Shown here piece by piece: positions 1-9,415 of a stretch of 64,000 nt of DNA. A program made the position numbers and the translations under genes. The stretch is from a virus (lineage: Duplodnaviria; Caudoviricetes). Location of the stretch: positions 1-64,000 of IMG/VR virus record IMGVR_UViG_2574180309_000001. The stretch is one strand, 5' to 3'. The notes under the pieces are model-generated. The model worked only from the letters and a program-made list of their open reading frames with translations. It made no database searches and was not told the DNA's origin. Position 1 is the stretch's first letter. Each line of letters starts with the position of its first letter.

Positions 1-42
1 AGATGAAAGGTTCGAAAATAAAAAAGAATTAGAAGTGATTAT

Positions 43-204
43 TTGAATAAATTAATATCATTGTTTTTATTGGCTACATTTTGTTTAAATATCGCAGGAT
101 GTTCTAACGATATGGCTACACCAAGGGATAATTTTAAACCCTCAACACATAAGAAGGTTAAATGTATCAACAAAGCATGGTATAAAAAATCACATGTTAT
201 GTAA
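43..204 (+). pseudogene. Short or truncated lipoprotein remnant (53 aa)
   Basis: Hand translation from TTG: MNKLISLFLLATFCLNIAGC, a lipobox, followed by only ~33 aa. Confidence 0.3.
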
Positions 205-418
205 AAATTCCCCTCCTAGAAATTTTCATTTGTTAATTATAATATAAATATAGTAAAATTAAGTTCTCTAAAACTACCCAAAAAGGACTGCCAGTAATGG
301 TGGTTCTTTTATATTGGTGAGATTGTACTAGTATGATAGAATAAGAACAACTGTATATTGTAGGGTGGGCGGTTACGACTGTCCTTTTCTCATTTAATGA
401 GGAAAGGAGGTGTAGCCA

Positions 419-574
419 ATGGATCTATTTCTTCAAATAGTATTAGAGGTAATTAAGACGATCGTACGAGAACTTGTAGTTTTCGTGGTTAAGAAAATTA
501 CTTCTAAAAATAAAAAGAAGAAGACCACCCGTCAGCCTCGCAAGCGTGGGAAGTCTTCTAAATCTAAAAAGTAG
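419..574 (+). CDS. Putative type I toxin peptide, 51 aa
   Basis: MDLFLQIVLEVIKTIVRELVVFVVKKITSKNKKKKTTRQPRKRGKSSKSKK: amphipathic helix plus basic tail. Strong RBS AAGGAGGTG lies within a hairpin; terminator at 616-642. Confidence 0.65.
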   Translation: MDLFLQIVLEVIKTIVRELVVFVVKKITSKNKKKKTTRQPRKRGKSSKSKK

Positions 575-675
575 TATTTAGTCGCAACCACTCACCTTGC
601 GGTAGCAGTTACTTGAAGAGATGTTAGCGCATCTCTTCTTTTATTATATACATACTGTATTACTGTAATACTAAT
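510..675 (-). ncRNA. Putative antisense antitoxin RNA
   Basis: Minus-strand sigma-A promoter TTGATT-N16-TATAAT with TG extension (682-709); hairpin at 521-558 followed by a U-rich tract; overlaps the 3' half of the peptide gene. Confidence 0.5.
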
Positions 676-1045
676 ACAGTAATTATATCAAATGCACATA
701 AAAAATCAATGCGTACGTAATGGATATAATGGACAAAAGAAAAGACACCCTAAGGTGCCTTCCTCTACTCAATCTACATAAGACTTTTCTTACAGCACAA
801 ATGTTTGCTGCAGCTCTATTAATTGGTTTAGGAGTAATCCCGCTTTGTTCTTAATTTAAGGAACTCCAAACAGCCTTACCTTTCAATTGATAAACCTCAA
901 GTGTATGAATACTTGGGGGTTTTCTGATAAAGAAAAGACACGCTAAGCAAAAAGTACAATAAGCTGCCTAGATGGACAGCTTATTTGTATAATTTCCATT
1001 GTTAGAAGTTATTGGGAAACCTCTTGTTCAGAGAAGGTTACTGTT

Positions 1046-1234
1046 TTAGCTTCTTGCCTTGTAAATCTTGTCTGCTCTATTTATGCTAAGAAACGTCAGA
1101 ACGGTTGCAAGTACAACAAGGACTATCCAATAGCCATTTCCTTTTACAGCAAAAACAACTGATAGTATTGATAGAAACATTGCAAGTACAAAACCGGACA
1201 TGGTTTTTGAATCCTTCAACATTAACCAATTCAT
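1046..1234 (-). CDS. Small two-TM membrane protein
   Basis: MNWLMLKD... with RBS AGGAGGTG and two hydrophobic segments. Confidence 0.7.
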   Translation of the reverse strand: MNWLMLKDSKTMSGFVLAMFLSILSVVFAVKGNGYWIVLVVLATVLTFLSINRADKIYKARS

Positions 1235-1535
1235 TTTTTCACCTCCTTTTTTTATTGTATCATTCAAGGATAACAATTTGTTTGGATTTTTGGATGTATA
1301 TACTATTCATGCAAAGTTAACATAACGTCCTAGTATTGGTAGCAAAGAAAAAGGGGAATCTTTACTCTCAGAAGGAATTCCCTTTTTTATTTTCTATAAC
1401 GCTATTCATCTTTTTATACATTCCTATTATGGTGCGATTTTAGGTTTCTCGTTTATTCCTGGATTAGTCGAAAAACTGTATAAAATCTTGTATGCTCTTA
1501 GCGTGTTTTTTTCCTAAATGCTGACGCTACCCAAT

Positions 1536-1640
1536 AAAAAAAAGACACCCTAAGGTGTCTTCCGACTTAAACCATCTTAATTTTAATAATATGTATCTCG
1601 CAAATATAATTTTACCATATTTAGTTATTTAACACATTGA
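1536..1640. repeat. ~100-bp intergenic repeat, copy 1 (copy 2 at 9199-9314; partial copy at 740-763)
   Basis: Shared AAAAGACACCCTAAGGTGYCTTCC...GACTTRAACCATCTTAATTTTAATAATATGTAT...TTTTACCAT. Confidence 0.85.
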
Positions 1641-1656
1641 GAAATGTTGTTCAAAT

Positions 1657-2136
1657 CTATATTTTATTACGAATCGATTTCAATACACCATCAACATTGT
1701 AATCAGGAATATTGCTAATCGTTCTCTTTTTTGTACCTAACATTTTCTTTATTTTTAAGTAAATAACACCAGTATTCACGTTGGATAAGCCAAATAAATT
1801 TGGAGCAATATCGAAGTCTACGTTTTTAATATCCTTGTATTTAATTACTTCAGCTTCAGCGCCTCCGAAAAATCCGCCTTTCATCATTACGAGGTAGAGA
1901 TTATGTTCCCCTACAACCATAAATCCCATTTTTGTTAATTTAGGATTAGCAACTTCAAAGCAGTAGATCGCTTCTTTAGCTTTCATAACCTTCTTTAAAG
2001 CATCGAAAGCATATTTATAATATGTGCGTTCTGTTTTCGGCAGTTCTTTTGATATTTCAACCATTTCTGCAAGTGTAACTGGGTATTCAATAATGCCAAA
2101 ACGTTCATCAATTTTAGTGTATTTTGGAGTAGCCAT
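1657..2136 (-). CDS. Bacterial PH-domain protein (YokE/bPH_3-like)
   Basis: Pattern GFMVVGEHNLYLV...IKYKDIKNVDF resembles bacterial PH folds. Confidence 0.55.
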   Translation of the reverse strand: MATPKYTKIDERFGIIEYPVTLAEMVEISKELPKTERTYYKYAFDALKKVMKAKEAIYCFEVANPKLTKMGFMVVGEHNLYLVMMKGGFFGGAEAEVIKYKDIKNVDFDIAPNLFGLSNVNTGVIYLKIKKMLGTKKRTISNIPDYNVDGVLKSIRNKI

Positions 2137-2256
2137 ATAATATCCCCTTTAAAAATGTAAGATTTAACCCAAGCATAACAAATCCAGTTACAACTATTTT
2201 GTCATATTTTGTCGAAGAAAAATAAAAAGCACTCATAAGAGTGCTTATCCATAAAT

Positions 2257-2817
2257 CTAATGTTTTTTACTAGATTTTTTATGTCCTTTATTTCGTTCAC
2301 AAGCCACGCCATCACCATCACGATCTAAATGTGAAGCATAAGCTGGGCTATCTGGAGTTATATCATAGTAACCAGCATTATTTGCATCTGTACAGTTTGC
2401 AAAGTGAACTTTCTCTTGTTTAGGTGCAGCTTGTTGCTGAGGTGCTGTATTAGCTGCAGCTTTTTGTTGCTCCTGTTCTTTTGCTTGAGCTGCTTCTTGT
2501 TGTTTCTTTTGTTATTCCTGTTGTCTTTGAGCCCCTTCTTTGCGTTGTTCATCTAATCGTTTTTGTTCTTCAGCCTTTTTCTGTTCTTCCAACTTCTTTT
2601 GTTCCTCAGCCTGTTTTTGTTCTTCGGCTTTTTTCTGTTCTTCTATTTTCTTTTGTTCCTCTTCCTGTTTTTGCTCATCTAGCTTCTTTTGTTCATCTTC
2701 TTTTTTAGTTTCTTGTTTTGGTTCTTCTGATGTACTTGCTTTATCATTTGAACCACAAGCAGCCAATCCCATGAGTAACACGCTGCATGCTAAAGCCATT
2801 AATAATTTTTTGCTCAT
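2257..2817 (-). pseudogene. Lipoprotein with coiled coil and C-terminal Excalibur Ca-binding domain, interrupted by one in-frame stop
   Basis: Lipobox LAAC; TAA at 2512-2514; the same frame continues to FANCTDANNAGYYDITPDSPAYASHLDRDGDGVACE. Confidence 0.85.
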
Positions 2818-3265
2818 AATTTAATTCCTCCAAGATATATATAATGTAATATTTCTGCACAATCTTATCAAAATAAACATCTGTATATTGTTATATTGTG
2901 TCGAATAGGAATAAAAAAAGAGAGAGCTATAACTCTCAATGGGGAAATGATAAGAATTTACCGATGGATATTAGAGAGATATCTTCTATTTTTTACTAAT
3001 GTTGAATAATGGTTTTTATCAAATCTATCGGGAGATGTGGTTTTAATATGGCTAGGAAGGAGTGTGTCTCGAAAGGTGTACCTTTCGAAACGATATGAGA
3101 TGTGTCTTTTATACAGTTAAGAAGGATTTCAAAAAGGGAAATTATCTGAGGATGATATTATTTTAGAGAATTGATACTTTATAACATAATGTAAGTTTTG
3201 ATTAAAATGAATAAGGATATTTTTGAAAAATAAAAAACGTCCTTCAAAAGAAGAAACGTTTTTTA

Positions 3266-4585
3266 TTATTTTGCAAATGTATTACGATATTCATTAATAA
3301 AATGATTATTTGGTAATTTACTATTACCTTTGCCAAATAATTTTTCTCGATAGGTACCTTCTGTATATTGTGTTTTATAAAGACCACGTTTTTGTAATTC
3401 AGGAACTACTAAGTCAATAAAATCTTGAAAGGTGCCTGGGGATATATATTGTACCAAATTAAAACCATCAATGTCTGTTTCTTCAACTAAATATTGCATT
3501 TCATTAGCTATTTCTTTAGGCGTACCTATAAGTAGCTTAAACCATTTTCCATCTATTTTACTCAAATTCCCAATAATTTCTTTTACACTTAATGTACCTA
3601 TGTAATCATTAATATTGTATTGAGATAAATCATATCCACTTCCACCAGCATAGTGAGCTATATTTCCTTCAAGGCTCCAATATTTTTGGAAAGAATCGAA
3701 TTTTTCGATTGCTTCTTCATATGTTTTTCCAACAATTACACATATTCCTGCAAACAGTTTAATATTGTTAGGATTCCGACCGTATTTTTCAGCTTTTTCT
3801 CTAATGTCTTTTACAACATATTTTAATGTTTCCACATCTTTTCCGCCTAAAAATATGCCTTCTGCATGCTTAGAAGCAAATTCTCTTCCCCTTTCTGACA
3901 TTCCAGCTTGATAAAGAACAGGTGTACGTTGTGGAGAAGGTTCGCTTAAATGTGGTCCAGGTACATTGAAATATTTGCCAATATGATTAATTTGATGCAC
4001 TTTATTGGGATCTGTATATATTTTATTTTCTCTATCACGAATAACTGCATCATCTTCCCAACTAATTTCCCATAATTTATAACAAACTTCTAGAAACTCA
4101 TCAGCTAAATCATATTTTTCATCGTGATTAAGTTTAGTTTCTATGCCAAAGTTTTTTTCTGCACTAGATAAATGTGAAGTAACAATGTTCCAAGCCATTC
4201 GACCTTTTGTTAAGTGATCTAGTGTTGACATGCGTCTAGCATATCCATATGGATGCTCGTAAGAAGTTGAAAAAGTTACAGCGAACCCTAAATGTTTTGT
4301 TACATTGGCCATAGCTGATATAATCATCAATGGATCGTTAGCTGGAATTTGAACAGCTTCACGAACTGCAGTATCTTTATTCTGTTGATATGTATCATAT
4401 ACACCAACTACATCAGCTAGAAAAAGAGAATCAAACATCCCTTTTTCTAGTAATTGAGCGAGTTCTGTCCAATAATTTAAATCTGTGTAACGATGTCTTT
4501 GGTTATCTGGATGAGCCCAAAGCCCGTGAGAAATATGTCCTACACAATTCATTTCAAATGCATTCAAATAGATTTTTTTCTTCAT
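3266..4585 (-). CDS. Luciferase-like (LLM) flavin-dependent monooxygenase, NtaA/DszA/SnaA family
   Basis: LEKGMFDSLFLAD, TLDHLTKGRMAWNIVTS, PSPQRTPVLYQAGMSERGREFA motifs. Confidence 0.9.
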   Translation of the reverse strand: MKKKIYLNAFEMNCVGHISHGLWAHPDNQRHRYTDLNYWTELAQLLEKGMFDSLFLADVVGVYDTYQQNKDTAVREAVQIPANDPLMIISAMANVTKHLGFAVTFSTSYEHPYGYARRMSTLDHLTKGRMAWNIVTSHLSSAEKNFGIETKLNHDEKYDLADEFLEVCYKLWEISWEDDAVIRDRENKIYTDPNKVHQINHIGKYFNVPGPHLSEPSPQRTPVLYQAGMSERGREFASKHAEGIFLGGKDVETLKYVVKDIREKAEKYGRNPNNIKLFAGICVIVGKTYEEAIEKFDSFQKYWSLEGNIAHYAGGSGYDLSQYNINDYIGTLSVKEIIGNLSKIDGKWFKLLIGTPKEIANEMQYLVEETDIDGFNLVQYISPGTFQDFIDLVVPELQKRGLYKTQYTEGTYREKLFGKGNSKLPNNHFINEYRNTFAK

Positions 4586-4616
4586 TTTGATAATCCCCTT
4601 GATGTTAAAATTCTAT

Positions 4617-5858
4617 TTAAGAAACTATTTTGTTTTCAAGTTGTTCATCTTGTAAATTTATAATTTTTTTATTTAACATCCAAAGATTTGAGACTATTAA
4701 TAAAATACCAGCTACCGTTAATACACTTTGGACACCAATGATATCACTCAATATACCAGCAAATAAAGCTCCTAATGGAATTGTTCCCCAAGTCATCATC
4801 ATCATACTGCCACTAATTTCTCCTCTTATGTGTGAAGGTAAGACTATTTGCTGAATTGTAACACGTGCAATACTTCCAATACTTCTTGAGATGAAGAATA
4901 AAATAGTTCCTACTACAAATATGATAATTCCAGGTTCCCCTTTAGCAAAACTTGCTAAAAGTAATCCGCAACTTGGTATTATTGGAGCGAAGACCATAAC
5001 TTTTATTACACCAAATTTATTAATTAACTTTGGTGCGAGAAAAGATCCAATTATTGCACCAATACCACTTAGTGACATTAATATTCCTGTTAGGGATGTA
5101 CTAAGATTTAGATCTTTTACTAAGAAAATTACTACAATTGCTGTATACATAGAGATAGCAAAATTTATAGTTCCAGTTGTAAATACTAATGTTCTGAGAA
5201 CAGTGTTTTTAAAAATATATTTTAAATTTTCTATACGTGTACTTTTTTTATTTACAACTTTTTTCTCTTGGATATTTTTGTTTTGTTTTTCTTTAGGACT
5301 TTTTATAGTTATTATGGTTATACAAGAGATAATTAGGCTTATGGAAATGCAGAGAAGTGTATATGTCTCTCCTAATATCCCTATACAAATTCCACCTAAT
5401 GCTGGTCCAATTAAGTTTGCACTTGATCTAGCAAATTGTATTAATCCATTTATGCTTGATAATTCTTTATTTGTATATATATCTGGCATCCATGTTGTCA
5501 TTGTAGTTTCAATTACTACTAAACATAAACTAAGTAATAGTATTATTATAAAGTAACTTTCTTTTGTTAAGTTTGCAGATAAAGTTAAATATGAAAATAA
5601 CCCAAATACAAGTGAATTAATTAGTAGGGTAGTAGTAATTATATACTGTCTATTCCATTTATCTGCAATTAATCCTGAAATATAACCGAATAATAAATAA
5701 CCCATTGATGCTAATGAAGCAGCAATTGCTATAGAAGAATTATTTAATGCTAATACTTTAATTCCAATTATAGGAATTAAAATCATTAATATTTCAGTAG
5801 AAATATACCTTATTGTTTCTTCAGTTCCAATTTGAATGTTTTTAATTTTATTTTGCAT
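4617..5858 (-). CDS. MFS exporter
   Basis: ~12 TM segments, GLIADKWNR motif A, IGPALGG. Confidence 0.9.
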   Translation of the reverse strand: MQNKIKNIQIGTEETIRYISTEILMILIPIIGIKVLALNNSSIAIAASLASMGYLLFGYISGLIADKWNRQYIITTTLLINSLVFGLFSYLTLSANLTKESYFIIILLLSLCLVVIETTMTTWMPDIYTNKELSSINGLIQFARSSANLIGPALGGICIGILGETYTLLCISISLIISCITIITIKSPKEKQNKNIQEKKVVNKKSTRIENLKYIFKNTVLRTLVFTTGTINFAISMYTAIVVIFLVKDLNLSTSLTGILMSLSGIGAIIGSFLAPKLINKFGVIKVMVFAPIIPSCGLLLASFAKGEPGIIIFVVGTILFFISRSIGSIARVTIQQIVLPSHIRGEISGSMMMMTWGTIPLGALFAGILSDIIGVQSVLTVAGILLIVSNLWMLNKKIINLQDEQLENKIVS

Positions 5859-6922
5859 TAGAATGCTAATTCCAATTTATTTTCTATATTATTTTCAGGA
5901 TGTAGTTTAGAAAAGAATTCATCAACATCTTTTATGGCTACATTTTTTTCAATATTGAATTTTTTTGTGATGGTATTTACTATTTCTTCTTTCGAATTTC
6001 CTTCGAAAGCAAGAGTGTAGAAAAGTACTCCTATTTCATCCAAAATGTGATATACATCTTTTTTCGAATTGTGCAGCATAGAAATTTCTTCCCAAAATCT
6101 ATAATGTCGTGCAATCCATGCAGGAGAATCCTTTTCTGCTTGTTTTAATAACTCATAAGGTTTATTAGCTTGATTTAAATATGATTTTATCGTTTCTCTA
6201 TTAAGTAATGAATCTATATAATCTGCTACTTCTTTACTTTGTATTTCTATATTCCAGCCTTTAATCTGTTGTGCTATTGGGGAAAACATTGCATCAGCTA
6301 AAGAAAAATCTCCGAATAAGAATTGTCCAAGCCAATTTTTTTTCTTTTTACGTTCTAAAGTCTGTTTAAGTAATTGTAAAGTTTCTTCTAATTGTTCTAA
6401 TGCATCTTCTGGTATTTCTTGTTTATCGACACCTCTAAATGAATTTGAATAGGACATTCCACTCATTAATGGTAATAAGTCTGCATGAATATGATTACTA
6501 AACACACGTATGTCATTTCTTTTTACTATATCGGTACTTAATAAAGTAGGAAATTCATTAAAGTTTTCTTCTAAATAATCTGATATAGCCAGACTGTCAC
6601 ATATTACTACATTTGTTTCATCATCTATTAAAATAGGAACCCTTGGTAAATGTTCCACTATACTTCCTTTTAATAGTTGTGTATTATCAATTTTTAATAA
6701 CTGGGTAAGCTGGCATCCGCAACCTGATGCTGGTTCTTTTGGTAAATCGTAATCATCTTTAGCGTTTATGGGTATTAATCCACTATCAGTGAATTTAATA
6801 GGCCAATCTAATCCTGCTATAATTTCTTGATAAGGTACTTTTTTTTCTTTTAAAATAATTGAAGCACGCATTGACCATGATGAAAATTGTTTATCTCCAA
6901 TAATTAATGTTAACATGTGCAT
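5858..6922 (-). CDS. Glutathione S-transferase-fold protein fused to a C-terminal PqqD/RRE-like domain
   Basis: FSSWSMR, RVPIL, DSLAISDYL and FLFGDFSLADAM GST motifs; C-terminal YHILDEIGVLFY...EEIVNTITKKFNI...KDVDEFFSKL is RRE-like. Confidence 0.8.
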   Translation of the reverse strand: MHMLTLIIGDKQFSSWSMRASIILKEKKVPYQEIIAGLDWPIKFTDSGLIPINAKDDYDLPKEPASGCGCQLTQLLKIDNTQLLKGSIVEHLPRVPILIDDETNVVICDSLAISDYLEENFNEFPTLLSTDIVKRNDIRVFSNHIHADLLPLMSGMSYSNSFRGVDKQEIPEDALEQLEETLQLLKQTLERKKKKNWLGQFLFGDFSLADAMFSPIAQQIKGWNIEIQSKEVADYIDSLLNRETIKSYLNQANKPYELLKQAEKDSPAWIARHYRFWEEISMLHNSKKDVYHILDEIGVLFYTLAFEGNSKEEIVNTITKKFNIEKNVAIKDVDEFFSKLHPENNIENKLELAF

Positions 6923-6935
6923 CCTCCTCTATATT

Positions 6936-8297
6936 TTATGCGGAACATCCTGATGTTTTTTCTGGTTTAGATTCAAAAAAGTGTGGTAAATGACATCCAC
7001 CTCGACAACTTTCTAATTGACTACAGCCAATACATGTTTGTCGTGGATTAAGAACATCTGATACTTTTTTAGTCATTGCACCCCATATGTTTTTAATACC
7101 ATCGGTAACAGCATCACCAAAGAAGACATTACTATGTGGACAATGTCTTAATTGACCAGTAAAGGATACACTTCCCCAAGTTAATCCGGCTTCACAATGA
7201 CCAGATAGTTGTCTTTTTCTTAATGGTAATGTAGGATCATCAATGTTTAGCGGCATATCTTCATTTGAAGTACACATTTTTTGACCACATGGCCATGCAA
7301 CAATTAAATCTAAATATTGTTTTTGTAAATCATCAATTTTTTGCATTAATGGAAGCATATTTTCTATGGGAACACCGTAGGCATCATCATTTTTTCCAGT
7401 CGGGACATACCTCATTACACTAAAATGTTTTGCTCCATTTTTATATGCATCTTTCATTACCTCAATTGCTCCATTAAAATTACTTTTTACTAAAGTTAAT
7501 TCAACTACAACTTCGATCTCTTCCTTTGCTAGTGTTTCGATAGCTGTGATTGCTTTTTGATAAGCCATTTTGTGGCCTGTTAATGCATTATGAACAGTTT
7601 TATCACCATGTAGAGAAATTAAAACTGTTCCTACGTTGTATTCTTTAAAGCGTTTAGCTAGTTCAATATCTAAAAAATGACCATTTGTAAAGACAGCTTG
7701 ATATAGACCAAGTTTCCCCCCATATGCTAGAATTTCTTCAATATCAGGATGTAATAATGTTTCACCACCGCTATATCGGACTGTAAAACATCCATTATCA
7801 TGGCATTCATCTAAAATTTTAAAAATCTTTTCCTTTGGAAGATGTTTTTGTTGTAATGATTTAATTTTTTTTCGGACATCATCATCAGTCAGATTAGGAT
7901 CGATTTTCCATACGTTATAACAGAAACCACAGTTCCAATTACATAGAGATGTTACTTCTATTTCTATACGCAAAGGAAATTCAAGTAACTGTTCATGCTT
8001 TTTTTCAATGTCCCATTCCCAAATATTTTCTTGATTTGTATTAATACTATATAGAAATTCTTTTAAATCATTTATTAATTCATTTTTAGTGACGTCATAT
8101 TCTTGTAAAATATAATTTGTAATGTAGTTAATATCATGATTTTGTTTTATTAGAGATACGACTAAAAGCCCTAAATCATTATCAATCCTATGTATAACAC
8201 CAGTTTTACTATCAAATAACATACCTACATCTTCTCTGAATTTTAAATTTTTAATTTTATCTATAAATGAATTTAATTCATTGGAACTTATATTCAT
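6936..8297 (-). CDS. Radical SAM/SPASM peptide maturase with N-terminal RRE
   Basis: CNWNCGFC, SGGE and TNG motifs; SPASM cysteines CEAG...RHC...CIGC...CRGGC; N-terminal ~85 aa is PqqD-like. Confidence 0.92.
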   Translation of the reverse strand: MNISSNELNSFIDKIKNLKFREDVGMLFDSKTGVIHRIDNDLGLLVVSLIKQNHDINYITNYILQEYDVTKNELINDLKEFLYSINTNQENIWEWDIEKKHEQLLEFPLRIEIEVTSLCNWNCGFCYNVWKIDPNLTDDDVRKKIKSLQQKHLPKEKIFKILDECHDNGCFTVRYSGGETLLHPDIEEILAYGGKLGLYQAVFTNGHFLDIELAKRFKEYNVGTVLISLHGDKTVHNALTGHKMAYQKAITAIETLAKEEIEVVVELTLVKSNFNGAIEVMKDAYKNGAKHFSVMRYVPTGKNDDAYGVPIENMLPLMQKIDDLQKQYLDLIVAWPCGQKMCTSNEDMPLNIDDPTLPLRKRQLSGHCEAGLTWGSVSFTGQLRHCPHSNVFFGDAVTDGIKNIWGAMTKKVSDVLNPRQTCIGCSQLESCRGGCHLPHFFESKPEKTSGCSA

Positions 8298-8326
8298 AAT
8301 GGTTCCCCCTCAAATTTGTATTCATC

Positions 8327-8358
8327 AAAAAGAGAGCAAGTTCCCCTGCCCTCCTTTT
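8327..8358 (-). terminator. Hairpin/attenuator between precursor and maturase
   Basis: Minus strand AAAAGGAGGGCAGG-GGAA-CTTGCTCTCTTTTT; the G-U pairs form only on the minus strand. Confidence 0.7.
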
Positions 8359-8366
8359 GTTTTTAA

Positions 8367-8435
8367 TTAGTTACATTGTAAAGATGGTGCTTTACCAGAT
8401 TTTACAGTTGGACGTTTGTATTCTTTTTTAGCCAT
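8367..8435 (-). CDS. Putative RiPP precursor peptide, 22 aa: MAKKEYKRPTVKSGKAPSLQCN
   Basis: Hand translation; RBS GGAGGGG; YxxPxV RRE-binding leader motif; first gene of the operon. Confidence 0.85.
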   Translation of the reverse strand: MAKKEYKRPTVKSGKAPSLQCN

Positions 8436-8522
8436 TATTTTCCCCTCCATTTCTCATTGTATGTATATATATAAATGATAAGGATTTTCATCCATATCAT
8501 CTATAAACAGAAAGTAAAAAGG

Positions 8523-9090
8523 TAAAAAACTGTAAAGTCTAAATAGACTGAAAATTAATCTGTGATTAATATACACTTTACCTTTAACTAAGTAAAGTAT
8601 TTTTGAAAAAAAATACTTTAAAGATAAAAAATTACATTTAAAAGTCTTAAAAAATTATATCCATATATAAATGAAAATGTTTCTCACTCAAATCATTTAT
8701 ACTCAAAGAATATAATTCACTACAGATAAAAACTGTTAAATCTAAATAGACTGACAATTCACAGTAATTAATATACACTTTATCTTTAACTAAGTAAAGT
8801 GTTTTTGAAAAAAATTACATTTAAAAGTCTTGAAAAAATTATATCCATATATAAATGAAAATGTTTCTCACTCAAATCATTTATACTCAAAGAATATAAT
8901 TCACTACAGATAAAAACTGTTAAATCTAAATAGACTGACAATTCACAGTAATTAATATACACTTTATCTTTAACTAAGTAAAGTGTTTTTGAAGAAAATT
9001 ACATTAAAAAGTCTTAAAAAAAATTATATCCATATATAAATGAAAATGTTTCTCAATTTAGTTGTTTATAATCAGAGGATATAATTCACT
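8523..9090. repeat. Three tandem copies of a ~184-bp unit upstream of the precursor
   Basis: Copies start at ~8523, 8727 and 8911; copy 1 has a ~20-bp insertion; internal IR ACACTTTA-N12-TAAAGTGT. Confidence 0.9.
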
Positions 9091-9198
9091 GTGAATAATA
9101 TCAAACCAATAATCCCATCTTTTCCAAAGTAGAACATCATGTCCGTATAAAAAGGTCATGACTAAGGAAAATTAATCTAATTATTAATTTTTTCTACA

Positions 9199-9314
9199 TA
9201 AAAAAGACACCCTAAGGTGCCTTCCTCCGACTTGAACCATCTTAATTTTAATAATATGTATTGGACTCCCATCCGAATATTATTTTACCATGTTAAGTAA
9301 TTTTATGCATTGAG
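9199..9314. repeat. ~100-bp intergenic repeat, copy 2
   Basis: Matches 1536-1640. Confidence 0.85.
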
Positions 9315-9415
9315 GGGTATCGCCACATCACCATCAAGCTAAGGTTTTTATTTTTTTATTAAATCTATTAAAATATTTATTAGTATTGGAAAAAATTTCT
9401 GGAGTGGATAAGAAT

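Noticed and set aside
2358-2824. Cys/Ser-rich and alternative-frame ORFs as further RiPP precursors
   Set aside because: Antisense or off-frame readings of the repetitive EEQKK coding sequence
4891-5556. 221-aa plus-strand ORF
   Set aside because: Antisense shadow of the MFS gene; no RBS or motifs
8523-9090. CRISPR array
   Set aside because: Units are ~184 bp and near-identical throughout, with no unique spacers and no cas genes
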